Shown piece after piece: positions 1-12,133 of a DNA stretch of 64,000 bases. Under the pieces are notes generated by a model that was not told the origin of the DNA, ran no database searches, and worked only from the letters and a program-made list of their open reading frames with translations. Both the position numbers and the translations under genes were made by a program. Numbering within the stretch: the first letter of the stretch is position 1; each line of letters begins with the position of its first letter. Origin of the DNA: Marinicella sp. (GTDB lineage Bacteria > Pseudomonadota > Gammaproteobacteria > Xanthomonadales > Marinicellaceae); contig OZ246001.1 in the NCBI GenBank assembly GCA_965230295.1, positions 480,001 through 544,000 of the forward strand, in the 5' to 3' direction.

Positions 1-1644
1 CATCGAATGCCATTTTGGGTCAGTACCAACACAGCCGGTACAGGTATGGAAGCTCCAACATGGCGAGGTGCTTATGACCGGTGGCTGATCCTGCCGCAAG
101 GCCGATTGAATATCATTGATTTTAATTTTTTCGAGCCACTGACACGTTTGGGCATTCCAGAGGAACGAATGTGGCGACTCTCCTGGGCTAACAGAGCGAG
201 GTTTAATCCCGTTTGGAATATGGTGACTGAAGGCAGTACTGGGTTTTCAGGTGCTTTTGCCAGACAAATTCCACTGAACAGTAACGCTGTCACTGACAAT
301 TTGACCATTGACTTATTTCAAGCTCTGGAAGGCGCCGCCCAAGAAGGCGGTGTTTTACTCCAAGGCAGTGGCGTGTGGATTGAACCAACACAATCAACCC
401 CTGTTGAGATTGAGTACTTCGCTGATAAATATTGGCTTTCTGATCATGACACACCACATTCCAGATCTGAATTGATCACTATGGTGACTCAAGGGCAACT
501 CATCGGTACCCTAACGGCCAGATTGGGACAGCATGTTGACGTCGATCACCCACAACCCGCATTGTGGACTTTAGGTAGCATGCACCTACAAAGGGGCCAA
601 CAACGATTTCCAACCATTGAATCAGGTTCAACCCGCCTATTCTTGAGTGGTCGGCATGTCTCACCAGCAGCCCACATTGTCATTGATGGCAAGAGATTTC
701 CTGGCATCATAAGTTGTGCTGCATCAGGCCGCTTGCCCAACTGTCAAAATGAAACCATTGAAATAAAACTGGCATATTTACCTGAAAATTCAGGACAACA
801 TTTTTTACAAGTACAAAACCCAGATGGCCTTTTCAGCAACGATTTCATTTTTAATACCCTTCAAAATGGACAAGGTATGCCAAATTTGGACCTGAGTGGC
901 CCCTGGTTCAACAGCGAACAAAATGGACATGGTTGGTATCTTGAGTTACTGGAACCACTGAATCCTGATGAACCACAGCGCTTATTGGCTTATTGGTACA
1001 CCTACAGAAATGGCGAACCTGTATGGCTGTTGGGTCTGGCGCCATTATCAAATGGCCGTGCCCAAATGAACCTCAGCATCACTTCAGGTACGCAATTCCC
1101 GCCAGAATTTGACAGCAATGAAGTCACTTATAACAATTGGGGATTCCTGGAGTTTGAATTCTCTGATGCGGAGACTGGCAAAGCGTTTTGGCACAGTGAC
1201 ATATCAGGTTTTGCAGCAGGTGAGATGACCATCAATAAAATTGCAGCCATTTCCGATCATGTAACTGGCTGTTTAAGCGGTAGTTATACCAAACCGGATC
1301 AACCCGGGCATGGCATCAACATCCAGGTTGTTGATAGCAACAATCAGGATTTGGTGTTGATTACATGGTACACATACCAAAATGGGCAGCAGCTTTGGCT
1401 GACAGGATCGAGTCAATTAACTGGCCAACAAGCCCAAGTCCAATTAAATCAGTTCAGCGGCCCCGGTTTTCCGCCTGAATTCGATACCAATGAATTGAAC
1501 AGCAACCCATGGGGCACAATCCAGTTAGATTTCTCAAACCCGAATCAACTTGATATTGAATGGACCAGTGATGTTGAAGGCTTTGGGACAGGCAGCATGA
1601 CGATGGTCAAACTCACACAACTATCTGGGCATGTTTGTGACTGA
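1..1644 (+). CDS. 5'-truncated large, probably secreted protein with two C-terminal ~120-aa repeated beta-rich domains; N-terminal part possibly cytochrome-c/peroxidase-like
   Basis: Frame is open from base 1 (H-R-M-P-F-W). Two repeats: LSGPWFNSEQNGHG...YWYTY...FPPEFD and LSGSYTKPDQPGHG...TWYTY...FPPEFD. Confidence 0.7.
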   Translation, partial: HRMPFWVSTNTAGTGMEAPTWRGAYDRWLILPQGRLNIIDFNFFEPLTRLGIPEERMWRLSWANRARFNPVWNMVTEGSTGFSGAFARQIPLNSNAVTDNLTIDLFQALEGAAQEGGVLLQGSGVWIEPTQSTPVEIEYFADKYWLSDHDTPHSRSELITMVTQGQLIGTLTARLGQHVDVDHPQPALWTLGSMHLQRGQQRFPTIESGSTRLFLSGRHVSPAAHIVIDGKRFPGIISCAASGRLPNCQNETIEIKLAYLPENSGQHFLQVQNPDGLFSNDFIFNTLQNGQGMPNLDLSGPWFNSEQNGHGWYLELLEPLNPDEPQRLLAYWYTYRNGEPVWLLGLAPLSNGRAQMNLSITSGTQFPPEFDSNEVTYNNWGFLEFEFSDAETGKAFWHSDISGFAAGEMTINKIAAISDHVTGCLSGSYTKPDQPGHGINIQVVDSNNQDLVLITWYTYQNGQQLWLTGSSQLTGQQAQVQLNQFSGPGFPPEFDTNELNSNPWGTIQLDFSNPNQLDIEWTSDVEGFGTGSMTMVKLTQLSGHVCD

Positions 1645-1817
1645 GTTGTTGTATCTGATTAAGAAAGGACAGTCTATAAACCTGTTTTTACGATAACCGC
1701 ATAATAAGTCATTTTTACCTTTTAAACACACAATTTATCGTGCTAATATGTACATAACATGTGCGCATTATTACATTTTTACTCATATGAGATCTTCATT
1801 ACATCACAGGGGGCACC

Positions 1818-2453
1818 ATGACTGAAGCATTGAAATTAACCGTAGTCAACAATTCTACTCAAACAGGCAGCTTTTGCATTTACCAAAAACAACCAGAAAG
1901 CAATGTACAGGGCTTAAAGACCTTGGCATGGCTGGTTAAAAATGCACACCCAACAACCAAGTTAAGGTTTGAGTGGCTGGTGCAATATGATTTCGTTTGG
2001 ACAAAAAACACAAGATTCGGCAACCACGCTGGTGTGAAAACCAGCCAAACCTGGAAATCTGATTTAAATACACTGAATCAAGTCAAATTTGAATATTCCG
2101 ATGGTGCCTACACTTTTAATGAACCCACAAAGGCTGAAAATGAAGGCAGTTTATACATCAACACCGGTATGAATGTTGTGGCTAATGATTCCCTCATTGG
2201 CATCGGCATGGATGGTAAAGCCACATTTTTAACCCCTTCACAGCCCAATATGCAATTAGCCATCACACCCAAAAAACCTACATACTGGTTGGTGTTTGGG
2301 CGTTTCAAAGAAGGCGAAACTGTTGATGTCTCTGAATTGGCCAAGCAAGCTTTTGAATTGGATTTCAACCACACTGATCACTTAAAGGTTGAGTTTTGCG
2401 GCAACAACACTTGGCGACTGAAATCAAAGAAAGCCGCTGCTGCCTGTTGCTAG
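1818..2453 (+). CDS. RhiA-like (rhizosphere-induced protein family) protein
   Basis: Pattern NNS..GSFCIYQK.P....LAW...HPTT...FEW..QYDFVW recalled from RhiA-like proteins; GGGGG RBS-like run upstream. Confidence 0.55.
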   Translation: MTEALKLTVVNNSTQTGSFCIYQKQPESNVQGLKTLAWLVKNAHPTTKLRFEWLVQYDFVWTKNTRFGNHAGVKTSQTWKSDLNTLNQVKFEYSDGAYTFNEPTKAENEGSLYINTGMNVVANDSLIGIGMDGKATFLTPSQPNMQLAITPKKPTYWLVFGRFKEGETVDVSELAKQAFELDFNHTDHLKVEFCGNNTWRLKSKKAAAACC

Positions 2454-2800
2454 GCAGCCAACAAATAAGCCTGATACAAACGATACCCCACCAAAGCAGT
2501 CAAAGCCAGGCCAACCAGCGGTAAGTACACCACTGGTCGTTTGATGTGGGTGAATACAAACCAAAGCAAAAACAACAAACACACCACTGCAGCAGCCCAC
2601 TTGAAACCTGTAGCAAATGGCAGCAACTCTGGAAAGGCTGCAATGAATGCCACCATCAGGCTCCCAAACACGCCCACCAAGGCAATGCGTTTGTCATGCA
2701 TCAATGCCTGAATCAACAGCACCACCCAACTGATCACACCAACTGATACCAGCAGTGCAATCACCCAACCGTATTCAATCAACAGCTCGCTCTTCGTCAT
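2450..2800 (-). CDS. Small 4-TM membrane protein, hypothetical
   Basis: Four hydrophobic segments; ATG at 2800 just after the stop of the M14 peptidase. Confidence 0.65.
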   Translation of the reverse strand: MTKSELLIEYGWVIALLVSVGVISWVVLLIQALMHDKRIALVGVFGSLMVAFIAAFPELLPFATGFKWAAAVVCLLFLLWFVFTHIKRPVVYLPLVGLALTALVGYRLYQAYLLAA

Positions 2801-2804
2801 CAGA

Positions 2805-3944
2805 TCAAGCTTTGATGGCGGGTATGGTGTTGTTGATGGCAATGATCACATCTTCGCCAAACTTTTTACACCGTTCTGGAGACCAACCATATTGCTCATC
2901 AGGTAAATCATGATTGTCTTTAAAGGGTTGCTCTACAGTATAAGACAGGCAATTGAATGTTTGTCCCACGTAATTAGTGGCAATGCGCAGGTCTGCCTTA
3001 CCAGGCTCATCATCATCGTACTTAAACACATCTTGAAAATCTGGACTGGCAGCGGCCCAAGCGGCTTTGAAAGTGTCTTCTAAATTTTTCAAGCGCTCAT
3101 CATAATTGGGGTTACCTTCACAACCAGCGACAAAATTGTATGGAATCGCTTCATCACCATGAATGTCCAAAAACATATCAACACCTTGTTGGTGCATGTG
3201 TTCACGCACTAAATACACCTCAGGGCTGGCTTCCATGGTTGGCTCTTGCCATTCTCGATTCAAATTGGCACCTGATGCATTGGTTCTTAAATTGCCCCGA
3301 TAAGCACCATCGGGGTTCATGTTGGGCACCACATAAAAACGACACTGCTGTAACAGTTGTCGGGAAGTGGGGTTATCTTGATCTAACAAAGACTCTAAGA
3401 AGCCCTCAACAAACCACTCTGCCATGGTTTCACCGGGATGCTGACGAGCAATCATCCACACATTCAGTTTTTCCGTCAAATCAACTTCTTCATCTTCAAT
3501 GACCAACATATCAAAGTCACGTCCATCCAAGGTTGCTCCCAGGTTTTTCAATGAACACAAATCTGACTGTTGCGCAAATGCCAACAAGTTCAAGTGTCGT
3601 TCAAAGGAATAAGGTGCAAAGTAGGCAAAATAAATGTCATCGGTGTCAGTATTGAATTCTACAGTCAGTTGTTTACCATCAAACTCGGTTGGTATTCTGA
3701 ACCATTCTTGACGATCGGTAGATGCGCACACATCGTAATCTTGCCAACCTTCAACATATGAAGTTTCTGAAGCATTGATGAATTTCAATACACAGTCTTG
3801 GTTTTTCACGCCTTGGACTCTGAAGTGAAACCATTGTCTGAATTCAGAATGTGAATCGTTTTTAATTTTGACTTGAATGTCTGAAACATCTTTGGCTTTG
3901 ACCACTTCAATGCGGCCGCCATCAAAGTGACTGCTGATTTTCAT
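2805..3944 (-). CDS. M14-type cytosolic zinc carboxypeptidase
   Basis: MKISSHFDGGRI start, ARQHPGETMAEW, NMNPDG, NLNREW, LDIHGDE zinc motifs. Confidence 0.92.
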   Translation of the reverse strand: MKISSHFDGGRIEVVKAKDVSDIQVKIKNDSHSEFRQWFHFRVQGVKNQDCVLKFINASETSYVEGWQDYDVCASTDRQEWFRIPTEFDGKQLTVEFNTDTDDIYFAYFAPYSFERHLNLLAFAQQSDLCSLKNLGATLDGRDFDMLVIEDEEVDLTEKLNVWMIARQHPGETMAEWFVEGFLESLLDQDNPTSRQLLQQCRFYVVPNMNPDGAYRGNLRTNASGANLNREWQEPTMEASPEVYLVREHMHQQGVDMFLDIHGDEAIPYNFVAGCEGNPNYDERLKNLEDTFKAAWAAASPDFQDVFKYDDDEPGKADLRIATNYVGQTFNCLSYTVEQPFKDNHDLPDEQYGWSPERCKKFGEDVIIAINNTIPAIKA

Positions 3945-4022
3945 AAGGTGCCTTGTTTTGAGAAAAAACACATCTTGGCACAGATGGTGCTGGCATTCAA
4001 TCTATGAAATAAAATTCCCTCT

Positions 4023-4970
4023 CTATTGCACCACATGCATGTAAACACCCAACACCACCTGCGCCATTTTTTCATAATTCAACGTATCGTAGGTGTCATC
4101 AGCGGTGTGGTATCGCTGATTGCGATAAAATGCCGTATCAGTGACCATCACGGCTGGTATACCTAAGGCCCAATAACTGCGGTGGTCGGAAAAATCAACA
4201 CCAGGGATCATGGTGGGCGCATTGACAGAAAAAGCTTCAAGCTCAGTGTAATGGTTGAAGGTATTCTTGAGCTGCTGACCTTCAGTGGACAACAACCGGT
4301 CCACCACGGCGATGAAGTCACCTTGGCTGGGGTAGATCCAGTCCATCAGAAATGTGGGGTAGCTTTGTGAGCCAGGTTCATCTGTGAAAAAACCAATCAT
4401 TTCCAAAGATATCATCAATTTAACAGCTCTATCCAGCCCATTGGCATGAACGAAACTGCCCATATGCTCGGTGCGGAAAAATGGCGGTTCTTCCAAAGTA
4501 TAAGCAACCAGCTCAATGCTTTGCTGTGGTGGATTCATATGTAACAGTCGAGCCAATTCGATCAAACCGGCCACACCGCTGGCATTGTCATCGGCCCCAG
4601 GCAAGTCGTTGTATGCATCATAATGGGCACCCACCACAATGATTTCATCTGATTCTGGACCTACATTCACCACAATGTTGTGATAAGAACGGCCCTCAAC
4701 CATGAAACTTTGTATCACTGGATTCAAACCCATGTCTGAGAATTGTTGTTGGATGTAATCGCTGGCTGCATCAAGGCCAATGGGGTCCTCAAAACTTCGA
4801 TTGGTTTGTGTACTGAGGAATTTAACATGTTGTTGCAACAGCAATGGATCGACCATCACACCATGTGGTAAATCCAGCTGATTCACCCATGCAGGCCGTT
4901 TGATCATGTAAGCAATCACTGATAACAAAAACAGCAACAGCAATGCCGACCTGAATATTTTTTTAACCAT
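4023..4970 (-). CDS. M28 family peptidase (YfbL-like)
   Basis: VGAHYD, PGADDNASGVA, TLEEPP, SLEMIG, SDH and YHT motifs; N-terminal TM anchor. Confidence 0.9.
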   Translation of the reverse strand: MVKKIFRSALLLLFLLSVIAYMIKRPAWVNQLDLPHGVMVDPLLLQQHVKFLSTQTNRSFEDPIGLDAASDYIQQQFSDMGLNPVIQSFMVEGRSYHNIVVNVGPESDEIIVVGAHYDAYNDLPGADDNASGVAGLIELARLLHMNPPQQSIELVAYTLEEPPFFRTEHMGSFVHANGLDRAVKLMISLEMIGFFTDEPGSQSYPTFLMDWIYPSQGDFIAVVDRLLSTEGQQLKNTFNHYTELEAFSVNAPTMIPGVDFSDHRSYWALGIPAVMVTDTAFYRNQRYHTADDTYDTLNYEKMAQVVLGVYMHVVQ

Positions 4971-5097
4971 GATTTCACATCTTTTTATGTTCTGAAGAAA
5001 TATTATGCCAACTTATTGCAAAAATGACTCAAATTTTTTGTAATCACTGTGGCGCCATCAGGTCTATATCATTTCAACAGAGAGCGAGAATTAATTT

Positions 5098-5736
5098 ATG
5101 AAATCCTTATCCATCCTTTTAATTGGGCTGATCATGACCTGTGCCGTAAACGCTGAAGGCTACTATGACCAAGCCGATCAAGTCACTCCATTATTACCTG
5201 GCATGACCATTCCGGCGTTCAGCGCTTTAACGCCTGAAGGTAAAACTGTAAAGTTTGACCCTGAAAACATTGAAAAACCATTTGTATTGACTTTTTATCG
5301 AGGTGGCTGGTGCCCATACTGTAGGGCTCATTTAGGAGAGATGCGTTTGGCTGAACAAGAGTTGGTTAAACTGGGTTTTGATGTTTTTTTTATCAGCCCT
5401 GACCAACCCAGCTTCTTGACCGAAAGTATCAAAATGCAAGAATCCACTGAAAAAGTAGAGTACCAACTGCTGTCTGATTCCAGCATGGATGTATCAAAAG
5501 CATTCAAAATTGCCTTCAAAGTTGAGGATGAACTGGTAGAAAAATACAAAAAGTGGAACATTGATCTTGAAAAAGCTTCCGGTTATGACCACCACTTATT
5601 ACCTGCACCTGCCGTATTTATGGTCGGTACAGACGGGGTAATTCAGTTCCAATACGTCAATCCTGACTATAAAATCAGGTTGGCACCCAGTATTTTGCTT
5701 GCTGCAGCCAAAGATTATTTGAAAAGAGCCCCCTAA
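5098..5736 (+). CDS. Exported AhpC/TSA peroxiredoxin-like protein
   Basis: FYRGGWCPYC thioredoxin-fold motif; signal peptide; LLPAPAVF. Confidence 0.88.
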   Translation: MKSLSILLIGLIMTCAVNAEGYYDQADQVTPLLPGMTIPAFSALTPEGKTVKFDPENIEKPFVLTFYRGGWCPYCRAHLGEMRLAEQELVKLGFDVFFISPDQPSFLTESIKMQESTEKVEYQLLSDSSMDVSKAFKIAFKVEDELVEKYKKWNIDLEKASGYDHHLLPAPAVFMVGTDGVIQFQYVNPDYKIRLAPSILLAAAKDYLKRAP

Positions 5737-5795
5737 GCCTCATATAATAGAGCAATGGATGGTGGCGCCTTCCCCCTTTATGCCACCGTTCACCG

Positions 5796-5831
5796 ACGGG
5801 ACCTGGTTCTTCGAATCTTGTCCCGTTTTTT
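5796..5831 (+). terminator. Probable rho-independent terminator
   Basis: ACGGGA...TCCCGT stem followed by a T run, downstream of the peroxiredoxin-like gene. Confidence 0.55.
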
Positions 5832-5869
5832 ATGCCGGCATGAAAACCAAATCAGGTACCGACAAAACA

Positions 5870-6042
5870 TGGACTGAAGTCCACGCTCCGTTTTTCTGGT
5901 TTAACTGACCTGGGTAGTCGACTCCAATCGATCCTGGCCTTAATCAAGATAAAGTGACAACAAACATCAACCCAACGTGGACTGAAGTCCCCGCTCCGTT
6001 TTCATTGACCACAGCTCACCAGGGTAGTCGGCTGCAATCGAC
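5870..6042. repeat. Two tandem REP-doublet units (TGGACTGAAGTCC[A/C]CGCTCCGTT ... GGGTAGTCG[A/G]CT[C/G]CAATCGA)
   Basis: Unit 1 at 5870-5931 and unit 2 at 5976-6042, each made of short imperfect palindromes. Confidence 0.75.
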
Positions 6043-6057
6043 AGAATTCTTATCTAT

Positions 6058-6194
6058 CGTCATCCTCGGGCTTCCTTAAAGGACCTACTTTTGGTGACCC
6101 GGGGATCCAGGTTGAAGATATTTGGACAAGGGATTGATTTTCAATAGGCTGAAAAACCTTCAGCCTGGATCCTGCGGTCAAGCCGCAGGATGAC
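6058..6194. repeat. REPIN-like inverted doublet (CGTCAT...GGATCCAGG / CCTGGATCC...GGATGAC)
   Basis: Long terminal inverted repeat with internal hairpin CCTGCGGTCAAGCCGCAGG; related copy at 9592-9705. Confidence 0.75.
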
Positions 6195-6310
6195 TGATAC
6201 CGTATCCTATCTATGACGTTCAGAAACAAACAAGCTGAATAAAATTGATGACTTGATTAAATGAATTCAGCAAATCCGAAGAACCCCAATCTCACATCAA
6301 CACCATGCTA

Positions 6311-6337
6311 AGCGTGGACTGAAGTCCACGCTCCGTT
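6311..6337. repeat. REP palindrome AGCGTGGACTGAAGTCCACGCT
   Basis: Perfect 10-bp inverted repeat; third copy of the 5870/5976 motif. Confidence 0.75.
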
Positions 6338-6396
6338 GAGTTTCCTGTTACCAAAATCAGTCGATCAATTGTGTTTAATGGCGCCAGACCTTATAA

Positions 6397-8899
<2,503 letters not shown>

Positions 8900-9062
8900 C
8901 ATTCGTGCTTTTAAATCCGAAAACTTAAACATCAAGCAGGCGGTGGGGGGTTTGAAGGTTCTCAAAAATATTTAACTTCAAGTTCACTCTTACCACCTTC
9001 ACAAACCTTGTGCTCAGCCTGTAATTCATCTAACATTAAATAATTATTAATGGAAAAACAGC

Positions 9063-9455
9063 ATGACTGACATCAACACAATACTCAAGCTTAATGGCCT
9101 CAATTGTTTGCTGTTTGGTTCTTTGTTTGTGTTCATTCCTGATTCCATCATTCCATTCTTAAGTTTAGACAATCCAATCCCTAAATGGGTGCTGTTGAGT
9201 TTGGGCGTGGGCTTAAATCTTTATGGCTTGTACTTATTGTGGTTAGGCGCCAAACATAAAGTCCCCCATCGATATGTTTTGTTCGTTGCATTTGGTGATT
9301 TTATGTGGGTTTTAGCAACCGTGGTATTGATCGTTATGAAAACCTGGATCACCACCATCAATGGCATGACGGCAGCTGGCTTGGTGGCCATTTTAGTGGG
9401 TTGGTTTGGCTGGTTACAGTTACAGTACTTTTTCAAAGAATCCAAGCAGCCTTAA
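9063..9455 (+). CDS. Hypothetical 4-TM membrane protein
   Basis: Hydrophobic helices; GGAAAA RBS-like sequence. Confidence 0.7.
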   Translation: MTDINTILKLNGLNCLLFGSLFVFIPDSIIPFLSLDNPIPKWVLLSLGVGLNLYGLYLLWLGAKHKVPHRYVLFVAFGDFMWVLATVVLIVMKTWITTINGMTAAGLVAILVGWFGWLQLQYFFKESKQP

Positions 9456-9465
9456 GTCCTTCATT

Positions 9466-9551
9466 GCGTTGGCTGAAGTCAACACCTAGACATGAATGTC
9501 CTTTAGCATAAGATCATTTTACTAATAGTGGAGCGTCGACATCAGTCGACG
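9466..9551. repeat. Degenerate REP palindromes (GTTGGCTGAAGTCAAC; GGAGCGTCGACATCAGTCGACG)
   Basis: Same architecture as the 5870-6337 REP family. Confidence 0.55.
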
Positions 9552-9591
9552 TAGAAGCTTAAAACAATTAGAGTTAATAAAAATAGAACAA

Positions 9592-9705
9592 CGTCATTCT
9601 GTGTCTAGACCACAGAATCCAGGTAGGTGATTTTCGGTTCTTCTCGGATATATAATTATGCCAAACTTGAACTGCCTGGATCCTACGATCAAGTCGTAGG
9701 ATGAC
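9592..9705. repeat. REPIN-like inverted doublet, relative of 6058-6194
   Basis: CGTCATTCTGTG-TCTAGA-CCACAGAATCCAGG ... CCTGGATCCTACGATCAAGTCGTAGGATGAC. Confidence 0.75.
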
Positions 9706-9716
9706 AAATTTCTGCT

Positions 9717-10445
9717 TTAAGTTTCTAGTTTTCTGAATTTAATTTTGAATTGATTATCATCTAATTCAGCTTTGTAAAGATTAATTCCAAGCTTCAAATT
9801 TTTTATCATTTTTATATCTGATTCACCTGTTCTATACCCAAAGTAAATAGCTTGAAGACTGTTTGAGTGATAAGACCTTACCCTCCCACCAAGTTTAATA
9901 AATAATCTCCACTCATTTTCGTAACTCCACTCAATCGATTTCGAGGTCCAAAATGTTTCTACGTCTTCAATTGTAAATTCTGAATTTATAAACCTAATCC
10001 AATTTATTTGAGGTATTTCTTCAAGATATCTAACTTTTTTAAAATTTTTAAAAAAGCTACCTTTGGGAATGAACTCTAAACATACTCCTTTATGGCTGTC
10101 CGCATAATGTGACCACATCAGTAGATTTTTATTACATTCTGTAAAACAGGTTATACCACTTTTATTGATAAAGTCTTTTTTAAGGACGTTTAGAGATTGC
10201 TCAATGGATTTGATATATAACTCTTCACACTCTTCATTACTCATATCTACAGTCTCAGGAAGTTTACTTTTTTCCTCTTCTACTTCTATACTTGGTATGG
10301 ATCTAAAAACTGTTGGTAAAAAACAATCAAAGGGGTCATTTAAATTAACAGGATGATTAAAATACAGTTGACCATTTACTAAGTTTTTCAGTAAATTGTT
10401 ATCAAGTTTTGAATATTTGAAGATTCTTTCAGGTACTACTTTCAT
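9717..10445 (-). CDS. DUF2971-domain protein (AT-rich)
   Basis: FKY..., LNDPFD, CFTE...NLLMWSHYADSHKGVCLEF, KS.EWSYENEWR, IYFG; ATG at 10445. Confidence 0.85.
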   Translation of the reverse strand: MKVVPERIFKYSKLDNNLLKNLVNGQLYFNHPVNLNDPFDCFLPTVFRSIPSIEVEEEKSKLPETVDMSNEECEELYIKSIEQSLNVLKKDFINKSGITCFTECNKNLLMWSHYADSHKGVCLEFIPKGSFFKNFKKVRYLEEIPQINWIRFINSEFTIEDVETFWTSKSIEWSYENEWRLFIKLGGRVRSYHSNSLQAIYFGYRTGESDIKMIKNLKLGINLYKAELDDNQFKIKFRKLET

Positions 10446-10446
10446 T

Positions 10447-10968
10447 TCAATCAGGTTGCCAAAAGACCTCATTACCGCCATTGAGGATGCGAGCCAGTAC
10501 AAACAGATAATCCGACAACCTATTGAGGTATTGAGTGATTTCAACTTCTAATTCATGTTCTCCGGCTGCTTGCCAGGCTTTGCGTTCTGCACGGCGACAG
10601 ATGCTCCTGGCTAAATGTGCTGCACTGCCTGACTGGGTCCCTGCAGGAAGTATAAATTGTTTTAACGGGGCCAATTGTGTTTGCCATTGGTCTATCCATT
10701 CTTCAAGGGTTTGGATGTCATTCTGGTCAATGTTATTGCCTTTGTACTGTGCCACTTGTGCACCCAGATCAAACAATTTATGTTGGATTTTTGATAACTG
10801 ATCGTCAATGCCAGATTGGTCATTCAAAGCACGGATCATGCCGAGTTGGGCATTGAGTTCGTCAACGTCTCCAATGACGCCAAATAACTGGTCTGCTTTG
10901 GTTAATCTTTGGCCATTTGCCAGGCCGGTTTCACCTTGGTCACCACTGCGGGTATAAATTCTTGTCAT
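10447..10968 (-). CDS. pduO: ATP:cob(I)alamin adenosyltransferase (PduO/YvqK type)
   Basis: IYTRSGDQGETGL, GDVDELNA, RSICRRAER, YLNRLSDYLFVLAR; start at 10968. Confidence 0.93.
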   Translation of the reverse strand: MTRIYTRSGDQGETGLANGQRLTKADQLFGVIGDVDELNAQLGMIRALNDQSGIDDQLSKIQHKLFDLGAQVAQYKGNNIDQNDIQTLEEWIDQWQTQLAPLKQFILPAGTQSGSAAHLARSICRRAERKAWQAAGEHELEVEITQYLNRLSDYLFVLARILNGGNEVFWQPD

Positions 10969-11058
10969 AATGATGTAACTTTGTAAAACTTTGGTTGAAG
11001 TGAGTGAGTTCTTTAGAGTATAGTTCAGCAGATTTTTTTGCAAACAGTATTTGGTTAA

Positions 11059-12129
11059 ATGAAAAAAACTGTACTCAATGAAGCACACCGCAAAGCCGGT
11101 GCAAAAATGGTCGATTTTGGTGGTTGGGACATGCCCATTAATTACGGCTCCCAAATTGAAGAACACCATGCTGTGAGAAAAAATGTCGGCATGTTCGATG
11201 TTTCTCACATGACCGTGATCGATGTCCAGGGCCCACAAGCCACAGATTTTTTGCTGCAGTTGTTGGCCAATGACATCACCAAACTGAACCTCAATCAAGC
11301 CATGTACAGCACCATGCTGAACCAACAAGGCGGGGTTATCGATGATTTGATCACTTATAAAGTTTCAGAAACCGAATACCGTGTGGTCGTTAATGCCGCC
11401 ACCAGAGTGAAAGACCTGGCTTGGATATCTCAACAAATTGAAGCTTTTGATGCCACCATGAAAGAGCAAGCAGACACGGCCATGATTGCAGTTCAGGGAC
11501 CCAATGCAATGGCCACCATCAAACCTCTGCTGGATCTCGATTTAAGCGAAACCAAGCGCTTCTATGCCGCTTATAATGATGACATGTTTGTCGGCAGAAC
11601 CGGTTATACTGGTGAAGACGGGGTGGAAATCATTGTCCCAAGCACTGCCGCTGAGGCTTTGTGGGAACGCCTCATCGAAGCTGGGGTACAACCCTGTGGC
11701 TTAGGCGCCAGAGACACTTTGAGGCTAGAGGCAGGCATGCACTTGTATGGTCAGGACATGGATGAAAACATCACGCCATTGGAGTGTGGTCTGGGCTGGA
11801 CCATTCGCAAAGAAAATGCATCATTCAATGGTGCCGAAGCACTGGCAAAATTGCGTGAATCAGGTGTCAACAAAAAATTAATCGGTTTGGTACTGGAGGG
11901 CCGTGGTATTTTGCGGCACGACCAAACTTTAATAGATGATGATGGCAACCAAGGCATCATCACCAGTGGCGGTTATTCACCGTCCACTGAGAAAGCCATT
12001 GCCATGGCTGTTGTAGACAAAGGCATGAACACTGCATCTGTACAGGTTCAAATCAGAAACAAAAGCTTGCCTTGTCGCGTAGTAAAATTACCATTTGTCA
12101 GAAATGGCAAATCTTTAATTGAGGATTGA
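11059..12129 (+). CDS. gcvT: Glycine cleavage system T protein (aminomethyltransferase)
   Basis: FGGWDMP..Y, FDVSHM, RTGYTGEDG, GLGARDTLRLEAG. Confidence 0.97.
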   Translation: MKKTVLNEAHRKAGAKMVDFGGWDMPINYGSQIEEHHAVRKNVGMFDVSHMTVIDVQGPQATDFLLQLLANDITKLNLNQAMYSTMLNQQGGVIDDLITYKVSETEYRVVVNAATRVKDLAWISQQIEAFDATMKEQADTAMIAVQGPNAMATIKPLLDLDLSETKRFYAAYNDDMFVGRTGYTGEDGVEIIVPSTAAEALWERLIEAGVQPCGLGARDTLRLEAGMHLYGQDMDENITPLECGLGWTIRKENASFNGAEALAKLRESGVNKKLIGLVLEGRGILRHDQTLIDDDGNQGIITSGGYSPSTEKAIAMAVVDKGMNTASVQVQIRNKSLPCRVVKLPFVRNGKSLIED

Positions 12130-12133
12130 ACCC

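Noticed and set aside
5870-6340. CRISPR array
   Set aside because: Irregular spacing, mixed orientations, few copies and no cas genes; fits REP elements.
10969-11328. N-terminal extension of the pduO ORF
   Set aside because: Antisense to gcvT; the family motif begins at MTRIYTRSGD (10968).
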